The notes under the pieces are model-generated. The model saw only the letters and a program-made list of their open reading frames with translations. It was not told the origin of the DNA and ran no database searches. A program made the translations under genes and the position numbers. From positions 247,945,741 to 248,009,740 of the forward strand of contig CM041465.1 of NCBI GenBank assembly GCA_023213395.1: 64,000 nt of DNA. Direction: 5' to 3'. Positions 42,670-56,800 of the stretch are shown piece by piece. The first letter of the stretch is position 1; every line of letters begins with the position of its first letter. This stretch comes from Cycas panzhihuaensis. Its lineage: Eukaryota; Plantae; Cycadophyta.

Positions 42670-45329
42670 ATAGGCCAATAACAATATAAGCTTGTTAGTA
42701 TTTATCTCTATTCTAGGACTTGTTGCAACTTGAAACCCCAAGGAAGTTAACTTAATGACATAATACTAATAAGTATAATATTCTCCTACCAACTTGAGGT
42801 AACAACAGGTCATTATTTTAAAATATGCTTTGAGGGCAAAGCATCCCAAAGAAGGGGATAATGTTACAACCCCTACTTAATAATTATGTATTATCAAGTA
42901 TGAAAGGGTATGTTGACGAGGTATATATTTTCATGTAAAGACACTAAGACACATACAAATATGTGAGAATATTATAACAATTAATATCATGAATTAATAA
43001 ATTTTATTTATTGGCCTTTAGAATTTAGATACTTCAATGTATTTTCAAAGAACGGTCTTTTCAAATAGGGCTAAATCCTTATGAAATAATAATATTTACA
43101 TTGCAACATGCTTAGGTTCACAATGTCATGTGTTCAATGCCATGAAGAACACAATGAAAAGATCCTTATGATTCCTGTGTATAGGGCTATTTGAAATGCT
43201 TCTAATACAACTTAGAAACTTGATGATGAAAACATCTCATACTCTCTTAGGTGTTAACGTATAATTCTATGATTTGAGACCCCCTTATCTTTGAACCAAG
43301 GGATAAGGCATGGCATTATAAGCCTAATGTCAAGTTGAATCCAAATAAATTATTACAAGCCTAATTATATTAATATAAGATCTAATCCAAATAGGCATGT
43401 GAAGTCAACTCTAAATAGGCCCAAACTTATGGATGTAAATAAAGGAGCCCTTGTCAATTATTATCATTTTCTAGAATATTATTTATCTTATTAGGACAAT
43501 GGCATAAAACCATTATGGCACAATAATGCCTTAGGAAGATCCCCTTGCCTCAAAGAAGACCACTATTTTAAGAATATATCTGATATTCTATATTTTCTAA
43601 ATATTATTCTATTATAAATCTGATATTACATTATTATTCAATTATGGAAATGATATTTTAATATAGTTTTGTCATTAATTATTGTGGGCACATCATAACT
43701 AGTACTAAAGCCTCATTATTGTGAGGGCACTAAGTTGGGAAAATTAAAATCAAAGCTATATGAAGTGTTAAAAGATCATGGAATCAAGAGAGATTACATA
43801 ATTAATTTGTCAAAAATCATACCCCAAAGGAGGATGAATCCTAGTACGTAATCATGGGTAATGGGACTCATCACTGGGGTTGAAGATGTATGTATTATCA
43901 TTTTTTTGAGGTTGAATGTTAAGATATAGTACACTAGGAAAATAGAAAATGCTCATTCATGGGAGGTAGGTATCATCAAGACATAGCACAGAATATCTTT
44001 AGGAGGAATTGTTTTGCATCAGGCCCCTACACCCATAAGGGAGAGCCCTTTGAAATTCTTTATGAGATGAAAGTTTGCCTAGCATTAAAAGGCTTTGAAT
44101 TGTTTATTCATAGACACACCAAGATACGAATAGAGAATTCACCAGCCCTCTAATATATAAACTAGACAGATTATACCCATTGGACAGTAGGATGCATTAA
44201 GAATTTAACAAATATATGTTGCTCACTCATTTGTAATTGAATTTGCCATTTTGTGAAGCATTTCAAGATTTTATCTCCCTTTCCATCAAAGCACCTAATA
44301 GCTCATATTCATCCTAAGTAGAACAAATTTGTTTGTCATGGTTGCATAATGTTCAAGGATTTTTTATCATTTGTCAAATTCATTTGTCCTATATAAGCAA
44401 AAATCATTATGAATTTGATTAAATTCACTATTGGAAATGCCCTCTAGTTCACTCAAGGCATATTGTAGGATGTCCTACCCCTGTTTGAGCCTTTGATCTT
44501 TTGTCTAAGTGATTTTATCAATACAAAATTAGATATGCAATGCTAATTTGACCATTGCTATGCCATCATTAACCACATAACAGGTCTTTTCTTTGGCCTA
44601 GTAATATGTTTTCTTCGCTATAGTTTTAAAATTTTAATTAAATCAAATTTTTTTTTAGGTCCACTAGCCCTTTTTCTTGTCAATGGATGGTCACATATAT
44701 TGTAAATGAGTTGGTGATTAAGCCTTAAGTGGTTAAACTCCAATCTTTCTTTTCTAGTTTGTGATGTTTCAAGAGCAAGGTATGTATTTTCTACCATAAC
44801 TTTTGTGAAGGAAGTGACTTTTGGTCATCTTCCACCCAAGATAAAATCACATACACAAGATAAACAAAGTAGTTGCAATGAAGTTGAGGAGATCAAATTA
44901 TTTGTGCCTCCAAAATCAACATCTATTTAATCATGCAAATTATATTACATTAATAATGCCTCACATATATATAATAGATTATAATTACGCAAGAGGCAAG
45001 TAGTTGAAAAAGGAAAATCATGCAAGGTAGCACTTGACACTATGCATGATAGACTTTATATATGTATTATATTAGGTTGTGAGTAAAAATAGACCCCACA
45101 AGACTAGGCTCATAACCTTAAGTTAGAACATAACAAATACCCTTCTAATGACTAACTTTATAAGGGTGTGTAACTTTATAAGGGTATGTGACAAATACCC
45201 TTCCAATGACTAACTTTATAAACATTACATTATATATTACAAATGTATATCATATTTATAATATGGATTATGTTGAACTAATGAAATCAACATTTTCTAT
45301 CACCCTCCCTTAATGATAAGTTCATTAAT

Positions 45330-48300
45330 TTTGATATCGAGGCCAAGCTGAAATCATTCAAACTCATCACAAGAAAGTGCTTTGGTGAAGATATCAATAC
45401 TCTATTCTTTTATTGGCTTGTAAACCAAATCTATCTCACCATCCTGAACATGCTTCCTGATGAAGTAATGGTAAACCTCGATATACTTTGTTCTTAAATG
45501 GAACACAAGATTTTTTGGCATTTTAAGAACACTTTGATTATCACAAAAGAGTGAATTAGCATGCATTTTTTTAATACCAAACTCTTCAAGAATCTTGCTA
45601 AGCTAAATAGCCTCAATAGCTACATTAGCAGTGGCTTTATACTTTACTTTAATGGCTGGTAATGTAATATTAAGCTATTTTTTATAGCTCTAAGAAATTG
45701 AGGTAAAACTCAAGTTAAAACAATAGCCTAAGGTTGATTTATAGATATCTTTATATCCAACCCAATTAACATCTATGTAACCTGCCAATAAAGGATTGTC
45801 CATTTAGCAGTAATCGAGTCCAAACTAAAATGAACTCTGAAGATATCATAGGATCCACATAGCTTCTTTCTAATGTGAAATCTTGGATTGAGTCATAAAC
45901 CTTGAGCAGATCCCAACTACATATGAAATGTCAGGTCAAATATCTATGAGGTAAATTAGTTTCTCCACAAGCTTCTTATACAAAGTAAGATCTATAGATT
46001 TACCATACTTATTAATATCTAACTTTAATCTAGTCTTTATAGGAATTGGAAATGGCTTACATTCCTCCATCCTAAATTTTTTAAGGATCACCTTTGCATA
46101 TTTAGACTGTGAAAGGAAGATATGATTTGGCTGCTATCAGACTTCTATGCCAAGAAAGTAATGAAGTAACCCAAGGTCAATCATCTCAAAGTTGTTATTC
46201 AATTCTCCTTGGAGGTATGAAATCCACCTTATGTCATTGTCTATTATCAATAAATCATCAACATAAAATATGTCTAGAGTGATAAAATTATTTTAAATTA
46301 TGATATATGCATTTAGATTTAAGGTTAAGCATATAAGTCTATGCTTCTAAAAATACTCATCTATTTTCACATACCAAGAATGAGGTAACTACTTAAGGCC
46401 ATAAAGAGCATTTTTCAGCTTGTAAACTAGGTTCTCTTTTCCATGAACAACACAGCAAGGAGATTGATTCAACCATACTTCCTCTTACAAGTCATTATTT
46501 AAGAAGGTGCTTTTCGCATCTATTTAAAGAACAAACCAATTAAATTGAGCTGTAAAAGCCAAAATAAGCTTTACAATGGTCATGTTGGTAATGGAGGCAA
46601 ATTTGTCTTCATAATCAATGCTTTCAAATTATTTGAGACCTTAGTAACCAATTGTGCTTTATAATACTAAATAGATCCATTTTTCATGAAATCTTATTTT
46701 ATAAATCCATCTGTAATTAATAGGTTTTCTACCTTTAGGCAACTCAACTAGCTCCCATATATCATTTTATAAAATGGAATCCATCTCTTCATTCATTGTT
46801 GTTTGCCACTTTTGATCTACAACAACTTATTCAAAAGTGGTAAGTTTAGGAGTTGATAAAACCTTTTCCATTAAGTTGAAATTAATGGATGACCTATATT
46901 AAATTACCTCTTAGTCTGATGTGCCAGTGATGGGGTAGAAGAAATCATTTGTAAATACCATTTAGGGAGATACTTTGAAGTGACCTCTTCTTGAACATCT
47001 TTTAAAGGACTAATTGATGTTGATATTGAAGTATAGGCAGGAGGTATAGATGAAGTACAAGGTGTATATCATGTTGATGGAGGTAATTAATCTAGAGGAA
47101 CATATTAAGTAGTAGGAGGATGAGGAGGAGCAAGAGCTTCAGTAGATTATTTATCAAGTCTTAGTTTTCTTATGAAAATATAGCATCCAAAGATGTGTAT
47201 ATTTGCTTAGTAATAGGATTATAAGGTTTATATACTTTATAGCTAGGTTAATAACCAATGAAAATACATTTCCTACTTTTGTTATCTAACTTCTTTCTCT
47301 ATTCTTTTAGTAGAAGCCTATACGCTATATAATTGAAGGTACGCAAATATGAGATTATGGGTTTTTTACTTGAACAAGCCTATTTAGGAGTAATATTTAA
47401 AGCAACCTTGGTTGGACTTAAATTTGTAAGGTAAGTAGCTATATTAAGGACTTCAACCCAGAATTGAAGTCCCAAATTTGTAGTAGCAAGCATGGCTTTG
47501 TCTTTGCTAACCAAGATCTAGTTTATTCACATAGCAACTCCATTTTGTTGAGGTGTATAAGGGGTAAAGAATTATCATTTAATACTATTATTCTTTTAAA
47601 ATTGGATAAATTCTCTAGAAGAATATTCACCTTCATTATCATTGTGAAGAATTTTAATTTGCTTTCTAGATTCTAATTCAACACCATGCTTAAATTCTCT
47701 GAAGTTTTTAAATACTTCTAATCTTTGCTTTAAAAAATAAACCTAAATTTTTTGAAAACAATCGTCAATAAATATGATGAAATATTGATAATCATTAAAG
47801 GATGCTTATAACATGGGTCTACAAATATCAAAATGTATGAGGCCCAAAGGTTCCTCAGTACGATAGGCTCTTCCATTTATTTTGAATAGAGCCCGATGAT
47901 GTTTACCCATAATACAAGCCTCACAAATACATTTAGTCTACTTGATATTTGGTATATCATGTACCATATTCAATTTGTAAAGTAGATGAAGGCCATTCAT
48001 ATTCAAATGGCTAAGGCGTTGATGCTAAACTTGGTCTTTTGGAAGTCTTTAGGAAACAAGTGCTTTGGAATTGTTTATTCATCAAAATTTAAAGTCAAAG
48101 TAGAAATACTTAAAGTGGAAGTTGAATTACTATAAGAGCTAGTTTCAGTTAGTAGGAACACAGGTCTAGAAATTACATCAAGTTTATATAAACCTTGATC
48201 TTCATATCCTAAGGCAATCAAATTATCATTCAAGTCTATAATAAAGAAATTTCTAAGGTGAGAGAATAGAATATCAAATTTTTTCTTATTTATCTGGTTG

Positions 48301-49565
48301 ACTAAAAGCAAATTGTGTGTCATGTTAGGAACATAAAAGACATTATTAAGATGATGTTTAATATCAAATTTTTTAAAGGGTATGAGAGCTTTACCAATCT
48401 TGGCAACCTTGAAAATGGCATTATCACCAAATATAACCTATTAATCTTGTACTAGCTTTATGTCTATAAGAATATCTTCGAAACCTATCATGTAACAAGA
48501 GGCTCTAGAATATATTAATTAGGATTTATTAGAATATTGAGTTGTCAATGCAGTAAGGAAAAGATTTTGTGAATCGACCATGTAGCCACCTTGATTCTGA
48601 TTCTAATTTCATCTCTTGTTATGATTTATATTTTGTTGATTACTATGAGGGACATTCTGATTTTATCTCTTAGGTCTTTGGTTAATTCCATACCTATGAT
48701 TCTGATTCCTCTGCATAGCATGCTGATACTAGTTTTATTGTCATTGAGGCTCAACTCTCCTTTTTCTATAATTAGGTGGAATATATCCTGGTTTGCCATA
48801 ATAATTACAAATAACCTAAGTAAAATTTTATGGTTGTTGTTAACGTCACTGATAAGGATGTTGGTTTAAGTTATTAAACTAAATTAATGAGTAAGATGAG
48901 GACATTATTATCTCCTTTATAATGGGCTACAAAGGCTAGAGTTGAAGTGGAAGCACCTAAATCTCCTAATCTATATAGGATGCATTCTTCTTAGAGTAGA
49001 ATACCTTCAAAGGTGTTAAATCCAAATGTGGCAAAGTGGTCTATATGAGATAAATTAGAGATGAGAGAACTATATTTAACTAGTAGAACATTAACTATAT
49101 AGGATATAAGATCACTATTATTTAGAGGTTGGTTCATAACACTTAGTTGGTTCATAATAAATTTGATCTAGTTCAAATGATCTAAAATTGAATGAATAAA
49201 TGGAATGAAATAGGGTTGGTATTTAAGTATGATGTCTCTAGCATTATCTTTCCTCTTATACAATGCACAAATGTTATTCCAAGTTTTTGTAGAAGTGGCA
49301 GCAAGTTTAATATTTTGGTCAACATTATCTTCATAGGATAAGTATAAGAAAGAAAGGGTAACTTCATCAAATTTTTTAAAGTTATAGTAGCAGGATCAGT
49401 AGGTATAACAACATGAAGATTATTAGAATCTTGAGTATCTTTAGGCATGGAAATTTCCCTAGAAATATAAGCCCATAATTTATTTTTTATTATAATATTT
49501 TTGACTTGTTTCTTCTAAGCTAAGAAATTATCACTTCTAGATAATTTAATTATATTGGTTATAAC
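45330..49565 (-). pseudogene. Copia gag-pol of G
   Basis: ORFs 49182-49448 and 48075-48323 are homologous to those of A. IN at ~47200-47850, RT at ~45800-46850, RNase H at ~45330-45790. Confidence 0.92.
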
Positions 49566-51504
49566 CATTTAGAGTGTTATATTATCTTAGGTATGTGTTT
49601 TACCTACCTAGAAAGGTTTCTTAAACTAGTGTCTATAGTTTTTAATGTCTCCTTTCCTAATATCCCATAGGAGTTAAGACGGTTCTATTTGATAGCATAC
49701 TTACTCACAAGTGGTAGCTCACAGACCCAATATACCCAAAGACATATGGATGCTACAAAAGTCTTGACTGTCCCTCCAATGATATTGACCCACCTGCACT
49801 AAATTTATGACCTTAATGACAAACCCTAGTCTAAGGGCACACTTAACAACCGAGGCACTCACCCGTTATAGGTACAGCTTGGTCTCCAAAGTCCAATTTT
49901 AGGTATCACACCTCAATCTACCACTTAATACACTTAATAGTTACTATCTTTCTCTATCATTTGTAGAGTTTGAGAAAGCTCAATAGCATGTACGATAGTA
50001 GTAACTTCAAGGGTCCTAACCATTCTCCTTACAAGACTGAAAACTTTTTGGGTTATTTAGTTTTGGTGTTATCTTTTCTAATCTTTTGAGTTAAAAGAAA
50101 ATTTAAAGTTTAGTGATTAAAAACATTAGTTTTTAAGTAAAACATTTTATAAACTTAAAAAGTCCTTTAAAAAGTGAAGATACTACATAAAACTAACTCA
50201 AAAAATAATTTAAAATAAGCTTTAAATGATTAAAAAATAAACTTTAGGTTAGGGATTTAAATTAAAAAAGGAATATTCTAAGTATATCCTAATATATATA
50301 ACCTAAAGTTTTTTAACTATTGTAAAAATAAAATATTAAAATGTGGGATTTAAAAAATAAGGCAAATTAATTTAAACACAAAAGGTGAAATCTCTCGATA
50401 AGAGTAATGAAATCTCAATCTTGTATTGTACTTGAGGTGATGACACAACAAAGAACCTAACAAGTGGTCATCTTGTACAGTTTCATTGCCTATGCAATGA
50501 ATGGCAAAGAGAAGAAGTTAAGGAAGTTGCCTAAATTTTCTTTTTTGATTTGATCAATCAATTCCACTTGCTTAAATTTCTCAAACACCTTTGTATGAGC
50601 ATTACTCAAATACTATCAAATGTTACTGATGATCTATGGTGATTTGCAACTTGATTTTATAAGCCTCAATTCTTATCGATGATCCCATATGCATTGTAGT
50701 CTTGCGATGAAGTAATCTCTATTGCATGGAGATTGCTTATAATTTGAGCAAAGGAGAGATATATAGAGACATTAGATCAAGCACACTGTAGTTTGAAATA
50801 GCTATCCATAATTGTGTTCATCTTAGCTTATGTCGATTATTACCATAACAAGCCATTTATTCTATTTGTAACCAGTTAACAATTGATGTCATTTGATCAA
50901 CTATTTGATTTATGGCAATGCTATAGTTCATGCTTGTTACAATTCTAAAATTATTCTAGCATTACTACAATTCTAAAATAATGTATAGTTTTATTGGCAT
51001 TGAGATCCAAAATAGTCATAGAGATGCAATCCTTACCAAAACAATCAATGAGGTAGCCATATTAATTTATATAAATAGATTTGAATGGTCCTAAGCATCA
51101 TTCATAAATCCATAGCTATGGTGAGTCTATGGAATCTATCATTTCATAGCTGTGGAGAGTCTGTGGCATTCCATGGATTGATTTCATGGTGAGTTGACTC
51201 TATTGTGTGGATAGGGTGAGGCGACAAAGTTAAGATGATAAATTCATTCTGTGGAAATATAAAAAGTTGTGATGATTTTCATGGGTCAAGGTGGGATAAA
51301 TCTATACTATTATAAATTCCATTGTATGTTTATGTAATTAAGACACAATGTTTTACAACACTATTAATAAATAAAATAGTTACATTAAAATGAATAGAGT
51401 AAAAATTGTTGAGAAAGGAAAATACCATCATCAATCTATGACTAATCTAAAATGTGGAATAATGCCTACATTAGGGCAATAATCCATATCATGGGTCAAT
51501 ATCT

Positions 51505-51531
51505 TTTTTTTTTTTTTTAATAAGGTAATTG
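51505..51531 (-). mobile_element. Tiny poly(A)-tailed insertion with a 13-bp TSD (putative 5'-truncated LINE/SINE product)
   Basis: TGGGTCAATATCT [T14 AATAAGGTAATTG] TGGATCAATATCT. The 3' LTR of H has the single empty site. Confidence 0.6.
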
Positions 51532-53825
51532 TGGATCAATATCTCATGGTAGCATATTGTCAAGCATTTATCAATGCCAGGTAGTGGTGGATCTTAAGAG
51601 GTATACCAAAACCTCTTAGTCCTACCTATATTTATAAGGGATTTAAAGACCTTAGTGTTTATCAACACCACCTTCCCTATGGATTGTTAGTTACTCCTTC
51701 CTTACTTGTATTTGCTTCTTCCCTGCTCTTATCCTCTAATTCCATCATTTAGTATTAGAATAGCATCAAATGAACCTTCTAGGATTTTTTAGTTAGAGTC
51801 TGTACTCAATATACTCATATGTTGACATACCCACATCTTCAAAGACCATTTGAATTTAATAGTCTTAAGAAGAGGCATGGTTTGTATGCATATTACATGA
51901 GGAAGTCTATGAGTGTTTGGTGCAAATCCCCATAAGTGTTTATACATACCCTTATTAGTTTCCCTTCTCTGTCTGTATGAAGAATATCACCTGCTCTTTA
52001 CAACTCATTATCTTACACTATCATATATAGGAGCTCTCCCGTCTGGTTTACACATGCAATATTTCTCTCTAGGCATGGTTGTAGTCTTTGCGTGAAGTGT
52101 TTAAGGTTGAAGACCAATTTTTGTGTGCAGTCTTTATAACCTAATTACATCTTATTGCTTACATATTCTCTTATATTTAGCTTTGCAATCTAATTATGGC
52201 TTCAAGGCAGATTATTTATGGTGGCCATTGATTGGTTGGTCTCTCATATCTGCCTCTCTATTTGTGTGTGCATCTCACACCCTTCTTTCTCGTCGACATG
52301 TGTGATTGTAGCCTTATCACACAATTGAAGCATTCACTTAAACCCTAGCCATAGCATCACATTTCACCCATTGTCCATCCATTATTTATTTATATTCACG
52401 TTTTATGACCTACTTACTAAGTGATCTAATCCATGTAAGTGTTTATATTAATGTTGAGATCACTGCATATCTTAGTATGTTGGTTATCAAGCATTTATTT
52501 GGTCATCCATAATCATTTCTAGTATATGGGTGACATCCGAAGAGCACACAATACATATTTTATTTAATCTATTTTAAATAGTACTTTTATACCCAACACA
52601 TGTGCGCCTTAAATTTTGTTTAACTACATAAGTATCCATTTGGTAGTCTTTGCATCTTTGTTTTGCATCCTTTAATTTTTGTGCATAATTTTATACATAA
52701 ATCTAGTCAAAGGCATGCGACGTGATCATACTTTTAGTGTGCCTATTGACTACTTTACATTACTTCATATCTTCAAAAGCAGTCTCATCTTATTGCCCAC
52801 GGTCAAAGTTGTCTTTAAAAAGGTGTGGACGGATCTCTTATCATGATGTTCCAAGCCGCATAATCTATACTTTTGAAGCCCCTCCATGCCTCCTAAACTC
52901 TGAAATTTTTTTGCACAAAGGAATAATTGCGGTGATCATGGATGTTATAAGATTAACTGTCATTTTTATTATAGGGGTTTTATCACTGGGCATTTCTGTT
53001 GAAATCAAACTATCCTAACACTACAATTTTTAGTTTGGAGTCCCAAACGACTCATGCAAAGACTCTTCCTTATCATGATTTCTCTTGCAGGTCATATAAG
53101 AGTAGCCAAGTGACTAGGAGATCATTTTTTAAAAAGGGGCTAAGTTATTTTTTAAGGAGGTTATCTGAAACTAAGCACCTACTTCTACTTTAACAAGGAT
53201 ATCTATTAACAAATGGGCCTATTTTTATATTTTCTAACTCCAAAATATTCTTTATTTCCACCCGAACGAAATGAGTGGTCATATGCCTATGTTGGATTTA
53301 TATTTAACAACTTATTTAATGACTAAAAGTTGATGAAACTTTTCTTTATAGTTCATGTGCTAAAGGGACCTTTATTATTTTTAACCTCCTTATACTATTT
53401 GAAGTATAGCTTAGTCATAAAAAAGTTAGAATCAAGTGTTGTTTAAAGCATTGGGATCATATTTTAATCCTATATTGACTAAATAATCTTTTAAGTATTT
53501 TTTAAGTCATTTAATGCAATCTTTTTATGATCAAAGTTGATGCTAGTTTGTAAGCCTTCTTATGAGTTGACCCTTGAATAAACTTAGCAAAACTTTAACT
53601 TGTGATAATTATTAATACAAAGTTTTACTTTAGAGGATGTTAAGTCCCAATTGAGACACATGTGCATGTCCCAAAGTTTAAGGGTAATAGTTTTGCTTGT
53701 GTTTATTGAGTGTATTCATTGCCTTATCTAAGTGTATTTTAGTATTCTATTTAAGCACTTTATCTTTTCAAATTAGCTTATTCTTAAGGTAATTTCTTTA
53801 TCATAGCCTCTAATATTATTAATAT

Positions 53826-56800
53826 AATGGTACCTAAATTTGATAGTACTAATTTCTTGAATTAGAATCGAAGGATTAAACCTATCTTTGTGCCAAAAGA
53901 TATGTGGGACTTGATTGAAATAGGTTATGGGGCACTTGATCCTAATACTACTAAAGATTAAACGAAGACCTATAAAGAGAATGAAAAGTGAGATAATGAA
54001 GCTATGGGTTAATGAGATAATTACATTAAAGGAGGCATGGGATATTTTGAAAACCACCTACAAAGAAGTTATTGCATCAAAACTTCAAACATTAAAGAGT
54101 AAATTTAAAAATTGCAGAATGAATAGTTGTGAAGTAATAAATCATTTTACAACTAAGGCACAAGGCATAGTCAATCAAATGAGAACCTTAAGAGAAGAAA
54201 TTAATGAACAAAATATGTTAGAGAAGATCCTAAGATGTGTTAGTGATATTATAATATTTGAAATAGTTATAGCAATCATTGAGGTCTCCAAAGACCTAAC
54301 TACCCTCAAGATTAATCAACTTAGTATAATATTACTTATTGTTGAAGAGAAAATGGGGGAAAGTAAATCATTAGAATATGTTTTTATCACTAAGATAAAA
54401 ATTAGGCCAACATTTAAAGGCCAAAATTTTAGGCGAAGAGGTCAATCTCTTAGAGAAATAGGTCAAAACTTTAGAAATTAATGGCAATTTCATCAAAGAT
54501 AAGAATAAGCTTATCAAGGATAAGGACAATACCATCAAGGTTAAGGTTAATTTCATCTAGGTTAAAATTAATTTCATTAAGGATAAGGTCAAGGATAAAG
54601 ATATTACTTTCAAGGCTAATTTTAAGTAAGGCTAAGGTTTTGGATCTCAAAGAAGAGGTAGAGGACAAAGTCCAAGAGGAAGAAATCAAGGACAAAGAGG
54701 AAGGAGTCCTAGAGGTATAGGAATAATGTAATATTCCTATTATCATAAAAGTGGACACATAGAAATAAATTATTTCATAAAAAGATCCAACATGTAAAGA
54801 GAAACAACTAATATAGTAGTTGAAGAACTAAGAAAAAATGAGAGACTCTTTCTATCAAGTTTGATAGCAAATAAAGAAGAAGATGGTATATTGACTCAAG
54901 ATGCTCTATTCATATGATACATAAATAAGAATGGTTCAAGGAGTTGGATAACACTAAAAGGTGTCAAATCATATTTGAAGACAATACTGCTCAACCTACG
55001 ATTAGTCAAGGAAATATAGCTATCCAAATAGACTTTGAAGAAATTAGATATATCAATGATATGCTCTATGTCCCTGCACCTAAGAAAAACTTGTTATCAA
55101 TGAGACAAATAATGGAACAAAAATACATGGTTATCTTTGGCAATCATGAGTGCACCATTAAGGATAAGCTAAGGAATAAGGTAATAGTTGCTAAGGGTCA
55201 AATGACTAATGATAAATTATTTAAATTATTCATTCCCCTAATTGATTATTATGCTTTAAAGACATCAATTAATGTGGATAGTGAGACTTGGCATAAAAGA
55301 CTTAGCCATGTTAACTATAACAACTTTGCACTATTGAAAAATATGAAATTTATGATAGGTCTACCTAATGTTGAGCATGGTAAAGAAGTATGTGAAGGGT
55401 GTATACTAGGCAAATAACAAATGAAAGGATTTCTTAATGATAGTTATAGGGCAAATAGGCCTCTTCAACTAGTATATATAAATCAATATGGATCAATGGA
55501 TGTGTCTTTACTTATAAGAGCCAAGTATTTCATAACTTTCATTATTGAATTTACAAGAATGACTTGGGTTTACTTTTTCAAATACACGCTAGATGTACTC
55601 TAATGTTTTATTGACTTCAAAGTCTTAATTAAAATACATAGTGGACATAAGATATTAATCCTTAGATTAGATAATAGAGGAGAATTAATTTTAAATAAAT
55701 TCAAAGACTATTATAGATATTTTGGGATAAGGAAGCAACTTAAAAATGCCTACATCCCTTGATAAAATGGGGTTGCTAGAATACGACCATTGTTTAAATT
55801 ATTAGAATCATGCTTAAGGATAAGCATCTTGGTAATAAATTTAAGTAGAAGTTATACACGCAATTATTTATTTGTTGAATAAATGTACAACTAAGATAAT
55901 AATGATATGGGTTACATCTAAGGAAGCTTGGATAGGTTATAAACTAAGCATCTAATATTTAAGAGTTTTTGGGTACATAACTTATGCGCACATTTTAGAA
56001 CAAAAAAGGATAAAATTAAATGACAAAATTACCAAGTACATATTTATAGGATATAGTGACTCATCAAGATCCTATAAATTATATGACCCTAAGAGTAAAA
56101 GAATCATCATGAATAAGGATGTCATCTTCAAAGAAGATGAATTCTATCAAGAGGAAGGAATTGAAAAGGGCAAAGGTAAAAACATTATGATTGAAGTGGA
56201 CTCTAATTGAAGTAGTATAAACGTACCTAATACAAGTGAATTAGGACCATCCACTTCAAGTCAAAAGGTTCTAAAATGGGCATAAAGGGCTCATAACTCT
56301 TAAGAATAACAAGATCTCAAAATGTAAACTTTGCACTTATAACTCAAGTCATGGAGTTAAATGAGCCTCAAAACTTTAAAGTGGCAAATAACTAAAATGA
56401 ATGAAAAAATGTAATAAAGGAAGAATATAATGCCTTAGTGAAGAATGATACATAAGAGTTAGTTGATTTACCACTTAGAAATAATTATATTAGGACAAAA
56501 TGGGTTTACAAAACCCAGTATAAATTAGATGGATCTATTGATAAATATAAGACAAGATTAATTATAAAAAATTATGCTCAAATTAAAAGCATAGATTATA
56601 ATGAAACATTTGCCTCTATTGTAAGGTTAGAAATAGTCAAATTAATCATGGGCCTAGTTACACAATAAGTTTGGGCAGTCTATCAAATAAATATGAAAGG
56701 TGCCTTCTTAAATGGCTATGTAAATGAGAAAATATATGTCCAATAACCCAAGGATTTTAAAGTGAAGGGAAAGGAAGATAAGGTCTATAAACTCGAAAAA

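Larger units (their letters stand above)
39307..43315 (+). mobile_element. Pol-less gypsy-derived LTR element X, copy 2
   Basis: Colinear with copy 1. LTR end at 40659, degenerate PBS at 40661, gag remnant at ~40760, PPT GAAGGGGATAA, 3' LTR TGTTAC from 42862 (may extend past 43315). Confidence 0.65.
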
